Shown: piece by piece, positions 13,871-26,890 of the stretch
Layout of the letters: every line of letters starts with the position of its first letter
How positions within the stretch are numbered: position 1 is the stretch's first letter
NCBI RefSeq assembly: GCF_009834535.1
Contig: NC_045705.1
Span: 30,506,001 to 30,570,000 of the forward strand
Source of the DNA: Camelus ferus
Taxonomy: Eukaryota
Direction of reading: 5' to 3'
Length of the DNA: 64,000 nucleotides
Notes under the pieces: generated by a model
Seen by the model: the letters and a program-made list of their open reading frames with translations, nothing else
What the model was told of the DNA's origin: nothing
The model's database searches: none
Position numbers and translations under genes: made by a program

Positions 13871-14744
13871 ACTAGTACAACATTGTGTATGTTTGAAAGC
13901 ACATAAAATTTTTCTGGATGAATCCATAGAAAACTGTTAACCATGACTACTTCTGGAAGGGAGTCTATGGGATTGGCTAAAGAATTTTAACTTTTCACTT
14001 TAACGCCTAGACAAGTCTTTATTTAAAAAAAAATACAACAAGCATCAATATTTTTATCATAATGTTTTTAAGAGCTCTCAAACTTTAAAATTCCAGCCTG
14101 GTACCTTGAGGTAGGTTCTGTCTATACTCATCCTGTAAGCTAAGCCTCACTTCTCCCCCTTAACATGAGATTCCATATCTCCTTTGAAAGAAAAGAACTG
14201 AATCTTATTTATTATCCCAGCATCTAGCATAGTGCTTTGTCCTCTAACATATAATTCCTAAAATGGCACAAATTTCATCAAATCATAGAAATCTTTAATA
14301 TATAATAAATGTTTGACATAATAAATTTTTTGAGTTTATAAATAAAATTCTGTATGTTGAATGTGTATTTCAAATGTGTCAGGAAACACGATATAATTTA
14401 ATGGAATTCTGAAGTAAACCCTTTTTCAAAGTGAAAAATTGTTCAGTGGTGTATTTTGAAAATGCATATGATTTTTGTCAGTTTTCTGAGTACCTACTTG
14501 TGATTATAAAATAGACTAAAAGATGGTAATTTTAATATTAGAATTTTTCATTTGGTAAAGTCATGGCAATAGAACAGTTGCTTGCAGTAAATCTTATTGT
14601 AGAGTGCTCTAGTCAAGATTAAATTCAGTCTAAACTGTCGTATTGGACTATGGAGTTAGATCTGAGTTCCAAAGCTTGCTTTGTCACACACTAGCTGAGC
14701 CTCAGTTTCCTCATCCGCCATAACAGTACCATCTTCATGTGGTT

Positions 14745-14908
14745 CATTTGTTTGTTTACTTATTTATTTATTTTCTGAACAAATGCTTTTTTTTGAAACA
14801 CTTTATTTTATTTATTTATTTTTTACTTAATGGAAGTACTAGGGATAGAACCTAGGACCTCATGCATGCTAAGCATGAGCTCCACCCACTGAGCTACAGC
14901 CACTCTCC
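14745..14908 (-). mobile_element. tRNA-derived SINE (vic-1-like)
   Basis: gaacctaggacctcatgcatgctaagcatgagctccacccactgagcta with T-rich tail on +. Confidence 0.8.
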
Positions 14909-17229
14909 TGGTTCCTTATTTAAAACACACTTTTGAGCACTCATTATGTGCCAGGCACTATTCTAAGCACTTCACATATACTAATTCATTTAATTCTCAG
15001 AACTCCTAGGTTAATATTATCATCTCCATTTTATAAACAAGAAATTTGAGGCACAGAGCCTAGTAACTTGTCTAAGATGATTCAAATAATTGTTGTGGTG
15101 AATAGTTGAAATGAAAATGAGATTTTTGCCTTATAAATTTGAAGAATCCCTCCCAAATATTCACATTGTTCTCCTGCTTCACAAGTAAATTTGAACTTGT
15201 CAGATCATGTGACACTACTCTGTGTTAGGCACTTAGCTATGTACTGAGTACAGGAAGTGCAATATAGTAGCCCAAGGGCAAAGAACTATGAGGGTGTAAT
15301 AGGGGCACTTAATCTAGACTGGAGGGTCAGAGAAGATCTCCCTGAGAAAGTGACATTTAGGCTGAGAACTGAATGAAATTAATAAGAGATTAGCAGGCAT
15401 AGGCATAATGACTGGAGATAACAGAGAATATTTCAGGCATGTGTGAAAGCCTGAAATACCTAGGCAAAAGTAAAGAACAGAACTGCAACTTAGATGGCCG
15501 AAATAGGGGCTGAGAAAAAGGGCAGACTGAAAATGACCAGATCATACAAAGCCAGTGACTTTATGCGAAAAAGAAGTACTAACAGATTGCCTGGCAAATA
15601 CCCAGTACTCAAGAAACAGTAGCTATCATTACCATGCTATTATTATAAGCATCATCTCAGAGTCATCTAGGGATTTTTAAACAGATTTCAGTCTTAAACC
15701 CACACTTCAGTCCCCTGGTTCAAGAAAGGCCTAAATCAGCTTAGAGCTTTTGGAACTAAGTAAGGCAAGTGCTCTCTGGTCTAAAATAAACTGTTTCTTT
15801 AGGTGTATAAGCAATCTATTCCTTTTTATCCTATAGAAAGCAGATTTACTACTAGTTAAACAAGTAAACGCCATTTTATAATACTCAAGGGGACTGTCCA
15901 TATTTCATTTGGAGGAATCCCTCATACTAAACATAGCTCAAAATAGGCAGGCAGTCCTCTAAAGCATAAAAGACTTTTCTTTTACTGTCCAGAGATTTCT
16001 GATATGGGATTTGGTCTTTATTACCAAATGATGAACTCATGTTAGTTCTAAACTAGGGGCTTTTCATGAGATTTCCTTTCTTTTTTTTTTAAAGGAATGT
16101 ATCATAAAAGGAAAGTGTAGAATTACATTACTGAAAAAAAATTCCTGAAATCTACAAGTAAGAGACTTCATACTGCAGGTAAATAAGAACGTAAAATGAT
16201 AAAAACAAACACTGCAAATAAATACATAAAAGAAATAAATAAAACAACAAAACAGATCAGAGAAAGAGATGTTCTAGACAGCCAAGTTTGCCAGTTATCA
16301 GAAGTTTATCCCTGAAACATCAATTATTTAATGTAACTTTTCCCCATGTAATTCTAAGAAAATACATAAGCCTCCCAGTCTTCTCAAAGTATACTGATAA
16401 TCATTTAAACTTTTTAGGATAATCTATTTGCATAATTACATCAATACCCTCAAGATGTATTGCCACAGAGGTACGAGGGACCCTTGAATCAAAACCAAAT
16501 GGTTCCAATATGGCCTTTTGAATTTTAATGTTTTATATTTTGTAGCTTTCCTTCCTCAAACTTTGTGATCAAACTAACACTTCTGTTAGGTTGTAACAGT
16601 ACTGCCTAATTGTAACTCTTGATTTAAAGAACCAAGCAGGGTGAAATTGTGCATAAAGAGATAGTAGAATCTACATGAAGAAAGTTAACAAAATTTAGGC
16701 TGCAGAAAATACTATTTTGGTTTATTTCCTGGTAGTTAACTTTCAGATAAATAAGACACTACTTTAAGTCTTATGACTGAAAAAAGAAAAAAAGACATCT
16801 GCATTAAAAAAATGAATTTCATTTCAAGAAATACTTGAGACTACTCAACTTTTTTCTCACCTTTATAGAAAAGACCTAAGTCACTTTAATTAATAACCTC
16901 TAAGAAATAGAACCAAGATAACAAAACAGTAGGTTTCCAATCTCTTAATAAAATTTAAAAAAAAATCATGTTTGAAGAGACAAGAGGTCACCATGGCTTA
17001 TGTGACATCCTATCTATGCCAAAATATCTGACCATTTCAACTGAGTCAAAATTTATACTCTGAATGCATCTCTGAACAAAGATCATATACCAGAAATAAA
17101 CAACTGCTGTTACCAAATAAGGGAAAACAATGTTTTCTGTGGCATTAAAAAAAAGTTATTGAGAAAAAAAGTTAGGTCTCAGAAAAAAGCATACCACAAA
17201 GAGGACATTTGTTTAAGACACAAGTTTCT

Positions 17230-18440
17230 TCTAAAAGTTAGAACTGTATGAATTCATGTTCAGCTTAATATAAATACAGATGGAAGCATATAAAAACAAT
17301 AATATGTATATGATTACACATGGATTAACATACATAAATATATTACCTAGCTCTGTCCACTGAGAGGGCCTAGGAACAATGACACCCCAGCAATGAGCCC
17401 ACTTCACACCCAGATCTTGGTTTCTAAATACCACTGTCCCATAAAAGGAACCAGGCTCTTTAGTGAAATGGCTGATTCTAAGGCTGGGACATGGAAAGAC
17501 ACAAGATGAGTCTGGAGTGTCTTGTAGTACCAGAAAGTAAGGAAATGCTCAAAAAGAAAAAAAAATGATGGGAGGATGTCAAAGGGACACAGGAGCCAAC
17601 CTGAAAGAGTCCCCAGTGGCCAAAGGTGGAACAATCTGAGCAAAAATAAACGACACAGGATCAGATGATACCTCAAAGTATAAAACGTACTCATACTGAT
17701 ATAGCTAAATGGTTAAGTAGAGAAATATATGGGGGAGAACAGACAAGTCTTCCTTATAAAACTCCAAATAATTTATGTAGATATTCTTCCCTTCAGGAAG
17801 TAGAACTGAAGCCCCTTACCCACTTTGAAGATGAGCTAGACTTAGTGACTCACTTCTAAAGAACAGGTGTAGAGAGGGAAAAATAGTAACTTTACTACTT
17901 AACCTGGCAAACACTACCTTAACCAACCAAGTGACCAAGGTTAACATCATCAGTGATGTCATGTGGATATCACATTTTCTCTAATAAAAATGATGGTATT
18001 CTGTGGCATTCTTTCCAAAAACACATGACCCTTGCCTAATAATGAGAAAAACATAAGACAAACACAAAGCAAGCACATTCCACAAAATAACTGACTAGTA
18101 CTCCTCAAAACTGTCAAGGCCACAAAGACAAGGAAAGACTGAGAAACTATCCAAGACCAGAGGAGACTAAGACAGATGACAACTAAATGCAGTAAGTTAC
18201 CCTGGATTGGATCCTGAAACAGAAAGACGATATGAACAGAAAACTAGAGATACCCCAACAAAATCTGGAGTTCAGTTAAAAGTAATGCATCAATGATGGT
18301 TTCTTCATTTTGACAAATATACCACATAAGATGTTAACAACACGGGAGACTGGATGAGAGGTATACAGAATTCTATGTATCATCTTTATAACTTTTCTAT
18401 AAATCTGAAATTATTACAAAATAAAAAGGTTTTTTTTTAA
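17230..18440 (+). mobile_element. Old L1 (L1MC/L1MD-like) 3' UTR
   Basis: Similar to 19600-20500; cctggattggatcctgaaacag motif. Confidence 0.65.
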
Positions 18441-18519
18441 AGTTTCCTCTAAAAAAAAAACCTGTCATTTCTCTTCAAAAAAGTCATGTCATCGAAAACA
18501 AAGTTAAAAAAATTTTTTT

Positions 18520-20530
18520 AGGCCCTACACACCTACTAGAATGGCTAAAATCCAAAACAACTGATGAAACTAAATGCTGATAAGGATGTGGAGCAAAAGG
18601 AATTCTCATTTATTGCTGGTAGAAATGCAAAATAATATAGCCACTTTTGAAGAGAGTTTGGCAGTTTCTTACAAAGCTAAACATTGTCTTGCCATATGAT
18701 CTAGCAATCACACTCATAGGTATTTACCCAGTGGAACTAAAAATTAATGTGCACACAAAAAAACTGCACACCAATGTTTACAGCAGCTTTGTTCATAACT
18801 GTCAAAAACTAGAAGTGACCTAGGTGATGAATAAACAGACTATGGTACATCCATACAATGAAATATTATTCAGCATATAAAGAAATGAGCTATCAAGCTA
18901 AGAAACACGGAAGAACCTTAAACAGATACTGCTAAGTGAAAGAAGGCAGTCTGAAGAGGGTAAATAGTGTCTGATTCCAATTATATCACATTCTGGAAGA
19001 GGCAAAACTATCGAGATAATAAAAAGATCAGTGGTTGCCAGGGGGTAGGGGAGGGAGGAAAGGACCAATAGGTGAATTAACAAGGGACTTTTTAGGGCAG
19101 TGAAACTATTCTCTATGATACTGTAATGATGGATAAATAACATTATGGATTTGTCAAAACCTATAGAAGTTTACAACATAAAGAGTAAACTTCAATGTAT
19201 GCTAATTTTAAAAAGTCATTTAGGAGATTGGGTGATCCCATAAAAGAACACAAACTGTAACAGGAGAATCTATCTTACAAATATGTGAAACCACTTCACT
19301 AAAGCTGGTGGGGAAAAAGTGCTGACCCAGGTAACTTCAGAAATGAATGGAGTTTGTAAAACTAAAAGGAAAAGGAACTGCACATAAGCACTGTACTTTT
19401 AGTTGATAAAGTTGTTCCCTATGGGAGTACAGATTAACAATTCAGATATTGCTATATACGTATCCTGGGACTACACAAGTAAATGGATGGTGGAAGCCAG
19501 GTTTCTCACTGCTGAAGTAGAAATTCAGATCAACAGATCAACAAGGGGGAGGAGGCTGGAATGATGTAGTAATGGATTAGACTTGGAGCTATCAGTATGA
19601 AATCATGTCTAACTTAATACAGATACAGACGGTTCATTATAGAAATATTTATAGATATGTCTATATGCACCAGCTAGTACACACACATATATATTTCTTT
19701 GCTCTGGTAGCTCAGAGGGCCTAAAAGAAATGACACCTCAGCAGCAATGAGAACACTTAGTGACCAGATCTTGATTTCTATTACCATTTTCCAATAAAAA
19801 TTACCAGGGCTTCTTGGCTAATTCTAGAACTGTGACAAGAAATATACAAGGTGAGCCTAGAATGTCTTGTAGTGCCAGAACGTAAGGAAGTGCTCAAAAA
19901 TAATTCAATAAAAACAGCACGTGCATGCATGCACACACACACACAGACGCACACACACGCACTCAATGATGTGGATATCTTCAAGGGGCACAGGAGTCAA
20001 CTGAAAGGACTCCCAATGGATAAAGCTGGAACAATCTGAGCAACAAAATAAAGTACTGGGATATAACTCAAAGTGTAAATTATCCTTCAGTATAAATACT
20101 TGACTAATTAAATTAATAATGGGGAAAGAGACAAATGTCCCATGTAAAGAAATTTAAATAAGTTATGTAGATATTCCACCCAAACAACAAGGAACACAAC
20201 TCCTCACTCCATAAGTGGTTGTACATAATTACTTCCTTTCAAAGAAGACAGTATAAAAAGGGGAAAGGAGTAATTTTACAGTGGAGAAACCTGACAAACA
20301 CTACTTTAGCCAGGTGATCAAAGTCATTATCAAATCAGAAATCATATTGATAGTACTCTCGATATGATGTGGTGAAAATGGCATTCTCTTTGTGATTTTC
20401 CTCCCCAAAACGCATAACCCCAGTCTAGTCATGAAAAGGCATCAGATAAATTCCAATAAAGGGACATTCTACTATATACTTGACCAGTATCCCTAAAAAC
20501 TTCTATAGATTTGAAAGTTTTTAAAAATTG
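18520..20530 (+). mobile_element. Old L1 (L1MC/L1MD-like) ORF2 end and 3' UTR
   Basis: cacacctactagaatggctaaaat...gaggatgtggagcaa-type motif followed by a long 3' UTR. Confidence 0.75.
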
Positions 20531-23049
20531 GAAAAAAAAAAAATAAAGTGGGAGGGGGAAGCCAGGATCTACCTTTCTCCCAATCAACACAAACACAAAA
20601 CCATCATTTTTCCAGGATTCTTAGTTGAAGACTTTCCAAATTGGTCTGCTAACATATTGCTCACTTCCAAAGACACAGTAACACAGCCAAATGGTTAGAT
20701 ATATATTGTCTTTATCACTTTATTACATACAAAAGACTATGCCAGTTTTGGCCATCTTTGTTCAACAAATATTTTTTGACCACCTTCTTTGTCTCGAGCA
20801 CTGTTTGAGGCATTGAGGTAACCTCACAGATCCAAAAAAAAAAAAAAAAAAAAAAAAATCTGTGCTCTGCTTTCATTTCTGTGAGGAAATCAGACAATAT
20901 ACAAGCAAGCAGTCAGTAAATGGCCTATTATATAGCAATAATGCTATGAAGTTAAAAAAAAAAAAAGGGAAATGAGGTAAATGTGACAAAGAAGGCTTCT
21001 CTAATTGAGAGCTTAGAAAATGCCTCTTTTAAGGAGATGACATTTAAGTTGCGACTTGAGTGAAGCCTATATACAAAGACAGGCTTGAGGTAGGGGGTAG
21101 ACAGATGGGAAGTTCCAGGCAGGGAGAACAACAAACACAAAGGCCAAAAAGAATAAGCTTAATGTGTCTGAGATTTATCAAGTAGGCAAGGCAACTGCCC
21201 TGAAAGAAGTAAGCTAAGTAACATATTTTGAACTCTACAGGTAAGAATACGCATTTAAGAATCACAAATCTCTCTCATACTAATCACCAGGAATCTATTA
21301 ATCATAATTAGATCTAGATCTTAATTTTATGCCCCCACTTAGTCTCCCTTCCCACTGTCACAGCTGTCCATCTTCCATATGGTAAATACTGTATTTTGAA
21401 GTGCCCCACCTTTCCTCTAAAAACTACCATGCCTATGGTTCATATTTTATCATGTCTCTGATAGAAGTACTTAAAAAAGGGGGGGGGGAGATTCTACCCA
21501 GAAATTGATCCTGAATTCCTCCTAACAGACCTCACTGCTGCATATAAGTACAATGATCGGTTAAGAGTGAAGGCCCTGAAGACAGACTAACTTGGGTTCA
21601 AATTGAGGTCCTATCACTTGCATGATTTTGAACAAGCTGCATAACCTTTCTAAAACTCAGTTTCCTTATATGTAAAAAGTTGTAAGAATTAAAAGATAAA
21701 ACATGACACACAGTGAATATTCAATAATGTTGACTACTGCTGGTAAAAGTATTTGAGCATTTATTTTGTTCAAGGACTAAAGCTGGGCCAGAGGGATTAT
21801 AGAAACTACAATTTGCTACAGCAAATTGTTTGAGAGATAAAATTGTCAAACTCCCTTAGGTCAGGGGCTTTGTCTTTTTCTGGTTCACTAGTGTTTTCCC
21901 AGAATCTAGAACAATGTTTAACACACAGTAGGCATCAATCTCAATATTTGTTGAATGAATGAATGAGACTCTATTAAGTCAAAAGGAGCATAAAAGAGCC
22001 CAGCTTTACTCCAATATAAAGAAAAGTTTTCATTCCCCATCAAGATTTTTAACAATAACCTAAGGCATTCATAAAGATGTTTATTATTTTTAATTGCCTC
22101 CCCAAAACCTAGGACAGTGCTTGTAATATTAAGGTACTCAAATTTATTGCAATTAAAACTCTGCTGCTAAAATTGAGCTGTCAGTAGAAGGCTATAACAT
22201 TGTTCATAATTCGAAGTTGATGATCAAAATTTTAAAACTAATGAATTATAAAGTATATTAATTATTATGGAATAAATACCTTTGCTTGCCTTTGCCTGAG
22301 TGAACAAACTTTAAAATAATGTGTAAAATTTTTTTCTCATGAGTTTACCAACTGGATTTAATTTATGTTGGCAAAATAAATTGATTTCACCTTTCTCTAC
22401 ATTATTCTATAAAAACAACATTATATTTTGTCCAGTCACTTAAGAAAAGTCCAAATATTTTACAATTCCTTAAGTTTTAAAAGATCGTTAGCTTAATTTA
22501 TCAGCTCTTTAGGTCAAAGAAGGACTTTTCACGGTGACGAAAATGGAGAAAGGAGGAGTTCACCTCTCTAAAAATGAGTTTTCAATTACTATAATTATGC
22601 ACAAAATAAGACAGGGAGCATTTCTGGGCCAAGATTTGAAGCCTTGATTCCCATAAGAATTAAACTGGAGCCGCGCATAAATTTGGGGCAAGTTCTGCAA
22701 AAACCTCTTCATCCTCTATTGATGCTGAATGAAAAACTCATTAAGATTCATCAACATGAATATATTTTCTAACACACAGTAGCCACTCTGGCAACATGAC
22801 TTTCATCATTTCCTATCCTAGAAACAAAACGGATGCATTTAAATCCTGCCTGACAATTACCACGATTGCAGAGTAGCTCTCTCAACAACCGGAGCGGTAA
22901 GATCTAAAAAGTAAGAATCTAGTTCTCCGAGCCACCACCTTGAAGTAGCAAGGCCTGCTTAACCTACACTGCTGGCTATTGTATTGGTCCCCCAAACCTT
23001 CAGAGCTGGAAAGATACCCGAACTCTACTGACACCTTTTGAAAGAGAAA

Positions 23050-23940
23050 ACCAACCAGAAGGGCGGAGCGGTAGGATCCGAATCGTTAAAATCGCAGCAA
23101 GCCGGTGGGGACACACAGGTGCGCGGGCAGGGACACAGGTGAGCGGGCAGGCCCCGGTACCGCTGTCCTTGTCACTCTCTGAGGCGACCAGGCCCTTCAC
23201 AACCACGAGAGCCCTCAGAGGCTCTTACTCACTCATTCATTCATTTGACAATTACGCGAGGGGCGCCTCGGCAGGGCCGACTCACAGGCCCCCGCCCCAG
23301 TACCGGAACACCCTGAGCCGCCAGGCGCGGCCCTGCGCCTCCTACATCCCCCCGGCGCTGCCGCCCGCACCCCGCCGCGGCGCGCTCCAGGCACCCGGAT
23401 CCCAGCCCCGGCCCCGCTGCACACCAGCGCCCACGCCCCCCGCCCTCCTAGCCGCGAGTTCCCCGGCCTCCGCCCCGCCTCGGCGACTCAGACCTGCTGG
23501 GTCGCAGGGCGAGGGAGGCGCGCGTCCGCAGAGAACCCTCGCCCGCGGTTCAGGGCCCCTCTGCGCGCGCGACTCGCGAGCCCGAGGGCCTAGGCGAGTG
23601 GGTCGGGCCCATAGTCCACTCACCTCCGCCGGGTCAGAACCAAGGGGGTGGTCTAAGCCGTTTGAAACCGCTTGGGCCGCCGCACACCCCGCAGTGTCCT
23701 CGTTGTTTATTGGTCCTCGGTGGACCGCCCATCGCCCTTCTATTGGTCCATTTGAAAGCACTGCGGGCACGCGCCGCCCGCGGCCTTAAAGGAGCCGCAG
23801 GCACTCGTGTTTCCCTGGGGACCCGGCTCTCTCAGGTCTGGTGGGAAGAGGGTCACTCCCTCTGGAGCGAGAGCTGCTGACGACCCCTGAAAGAAAGGCG
23901 AAATACGTATGGAGAGCTGTGCATTGCCGACCGTCAGCAT
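23050..23940. promoter_or_regulatory. CKAP5: CpG-island promoter of CKAP5, probably bidirectional; NF-Y/CHR cell-cycle type
   Basis: Dense CpG; ATTGG at 23709-23713 and 23742-23746; TTTGAA at 23661-23666 and 23751-23756; CTCGCGAG at 23573-23580. Gene name from the known CKAP5-LRP4 neighbourhood. Confidence 0.8.
23624..23700 (-). other. CKAP5: CKAP5 non-coding exon 1 (TSS approximate)
   Basis: Strong donor GAG|GTGAGT at 23624/23623, just downstream (minus sense) of the CCAAT pair. No CKAP5 coding exon seen in the window. Confidence 0.7.
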
Positions 23941-25259
23941 GTTTGCTTTGTTTAATTACAGATATTTAAGCTGCTGTCAACACCTAGCAATTTTTTAAAA
24001 AATCATTTCATCCGCCAAATATTGATTGTGCAGCCAAGTGCGTGAGGGAAACGAGAGAGGCAGCTGGGATATACTGGAAAGAAAGTGCATGGCGCCAAGA
24101 CGCTGGATTCTGGTCTTGGACCTGCTCTGAGTAAACCACTTTTCTCAGTAAATCGTCCGTAGCTTAGTTTCCTCATCTGTAAAACGGGATAACGATATTT
24201 CGCTTATAATCTTAATGTGAGGATTTAATATAACTTAACTGAATGTCTAGGAAGGGCCTTTGAACAGTAATGCATTCTACAAAAGCTGAATACTCCTGTT
24301 ATTTATAAAAATGAGACGCTTGGTTAATATGATCTCTAAAATTCTTGCTTAGCTCTACATTCAGTGTTTCTATGAATAAGATCTGGTCCTAACTTTCAAG
24401 GAATTTGCAAACTACAGTGGTCAGAGGAATAAAACATATAGACTAGTTGCTAAAGTTCAAAACAGTATAAGAACTATATAAAAGAAAAATGGTAGATGTT
24501 TAACTGAAGGGAGGAATTAGATAGGGGAGAATCTTTGAAGGGGATGGATTTTAATCTAGGATTTAAAGTGTATGTAGATTGCCAAGAAGCTAAAAAATGA
24601 AGAGAGGATGGGTAAAAGTAATAAAACAATTTTTTTGAAACCCATCAAATTGGCAAAAATGAAAAAGTGTAACAACCTTTGGTTGGCCAAGAGTTGGAGA
24701 AACAGACACTCAAACTCACTATTGGTAAAAGTATAATTGGTACAAACTTTTAGGAAGGCAATTTAGCAGTTATTAAAATGTAAAATGTATATAATCTCTG
24801 GCCAAGTAATGCCACTGATAGGAATTTGTCCTACAGATCTATGCAAGGAGGCAAAGAAAAGGCACAAGGATGTTCACTGCAGCACTGCTTTAGAAAACAA
24901 ACAAACAAGCAAAACCCCCTGGAAATTACATGTTCATCTATAGGGAACTTTATTACGTAAAATGGTATACCCATTCAATAGAATACTACACAACTGCTAA
25001 AAAGAATGTGTTTAATCTGTGAGTGCTGGTTAGAAAAATGCATAAATCTTATTTAATTAAAAAAAGACAAGTTGCAAAGAAGCATACATATATGGAATGG
25101 TTTTTTATTATATATGGTTATAAATGTATATGTATTTGTGTGCATGCCTGAAAATGGTTAGAACATTCCTGGAACAAAAAACTTAATAGGGGTGGGACTC
25201 ATTAAGGAGGGAAATGAATTTTTTAACCACTGAGATGTTAAATTATTACTTTATTAATA

Positions 25260-26890
25260 GAAGGAGCAGGGAGAATGTGTAGTAGTGGGCAAAGTATTGG
25301 TGAAGGCAGAGACAAGAAAGTGCATTGTCTGAGGGGAGCTGAACATGTGGGTTTGATTTTAGGACAGTGTTCATGTTGAAGTAGTGAGACAAGATTGACA
25401 GAGAAAGTTAGGAACAGTTTTAGAGGGTCTTGAAAATGAGGGTAAGGAATTTGTACTTTATTTAAGTAGGCAGTGGGGATCTATTGAAGGTTTCTGAGCA
25501 AAGGAGTGACAAAGTCACAACTGCACTTTAGGAAAGCTAATTATCTTGATTGCCTAATTCTAAAATGGGTTAGAGCTATGCACCCTGTTAAGAGTCTGAT
25601 ATGAGGTAATAGCAGTGGAAATGATGAGAACAGATTCAAGAGTGAATGATTTGGCAACTGACTAGATTAGGTACAAAGTGAGGGTGGGGCCCCTTTAGGG
25701 AGATGAGTCAAAGAGTGTGCCCTGATTTAAGCCTAGAGGCTGGGAGGCAGTGACCGCACAAATGAAAGCAGAAAGGCTGGAGAAGCCAGTCTCAAAGAGA
25801 AGACAAGGTATCTAGTTTTATTCCTGTTTACTTTTACATACCAATGAGGCAATTCAAATGGAATCATGTATGTAGGCCTAGGAAATACAGGATGAGAACT
25901 GTGAGAAGAGATTAGGACTCAAGTAATAGCGATTTGGGAATTACCTCCATAGAGTGAAAAGATGAAACTGTGGATGAGATCACTGAATGGGAGACTGGAG
26001 AGAGTGAAAAGATGGGAAATGAAGACAGATCCATAGGTAGGGGTAGGAGACAAGAAACAATCAGAGAAAAGAGGTCACAATAACAGTTAAGAAATGGGTT
26101 AGGAATATGTAGAAATAGTCTTCTTCAGTCATTGATCACTGGTATGTTCACTTTATTTAAATATTACCAGAAATAAACTAAAGATTACATTTAAGGAGAG
26201 AGTGATGGTAACCTGGAATTTGATCAATAAAGGATGTGTGGAGTCTAGATCCTGAAGTGATTTAAAACGAGACGGCAAAATCCTTTTTTGTCTTATATGG
26301 TTTAGGTACGGCCCCACTAGAAGGTGGGCATTCAATGTCTGATTCCATTATTTATTCATTCAACAAATATTTCTTGAGCATCTATTATGTGCAGGGACTC
26401 TTATAGGCATTTGGAATTATCAGTGAACAAAACAGACCAAAAAAAAAAAAAAGCCCTTCTTTCATGGTACTCATATTATAGTGAGGAAACAGACAATCAA
26501 CATGTGAAAAATCATACAGTATGCTATTGGACAATATGTACAGTGGGAAAATTAAAAAAGAATAAAACAGGGTAAAAGTGATTGGGAAGTAGAGTTGGAA
26601 AGACTGTAATTTTATAAAGAGTGGTCAGAGTAAGTTTAATTGAGGTTACATTTGAACAAAGACTTGAAGAAGGCAAAGTAGTTCCCCATGAGTTTGTCTA
26701 GAGGAAGAAAGGGCCAGCAGATGAAACAGCTTTGCAGCGACCCTAAGTCGGGAGCATACCTGGCAGGTTTGAAAAACAGGGAGGTGAGGAGAGCTGGAGT
26801 AATTGGCAGTCAGAGGGTAGTAGGAGCTGAGGACCAATAAGGGAGTGGGGAGAGTGGCAGATTCTGCAGAGCCTTGTAGAAACCTAATGC
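25260..26890 (-). mobile_element. L2 fragments
   Basis: ttcattcaacaaatatttcttgagc L2 3' end in antisense at ~26354; purine-rich body. Confidence 0.6.

Noticed and set aside
17231..20500. Apparent local duplication between ~17.3-17.8 kb and ~19.7-20.2 kb
   Set aside because: Better explained as two independent insertions of related old L1 3' UTRs.
1..23623. CKAP5 coding exons or intronic snoRNA
   Set aside because: No CKAP5 N-terminal peptide or convincing C/D or H/ACA structure seen; the coding exons presumably lie left of the window.
23139..23789. 216-aa (+) and 142-aa (-) ORFs
   Set aside because: Pro/Arg/Ala/Gly-rich stop-poor frames expected in a CpG island.
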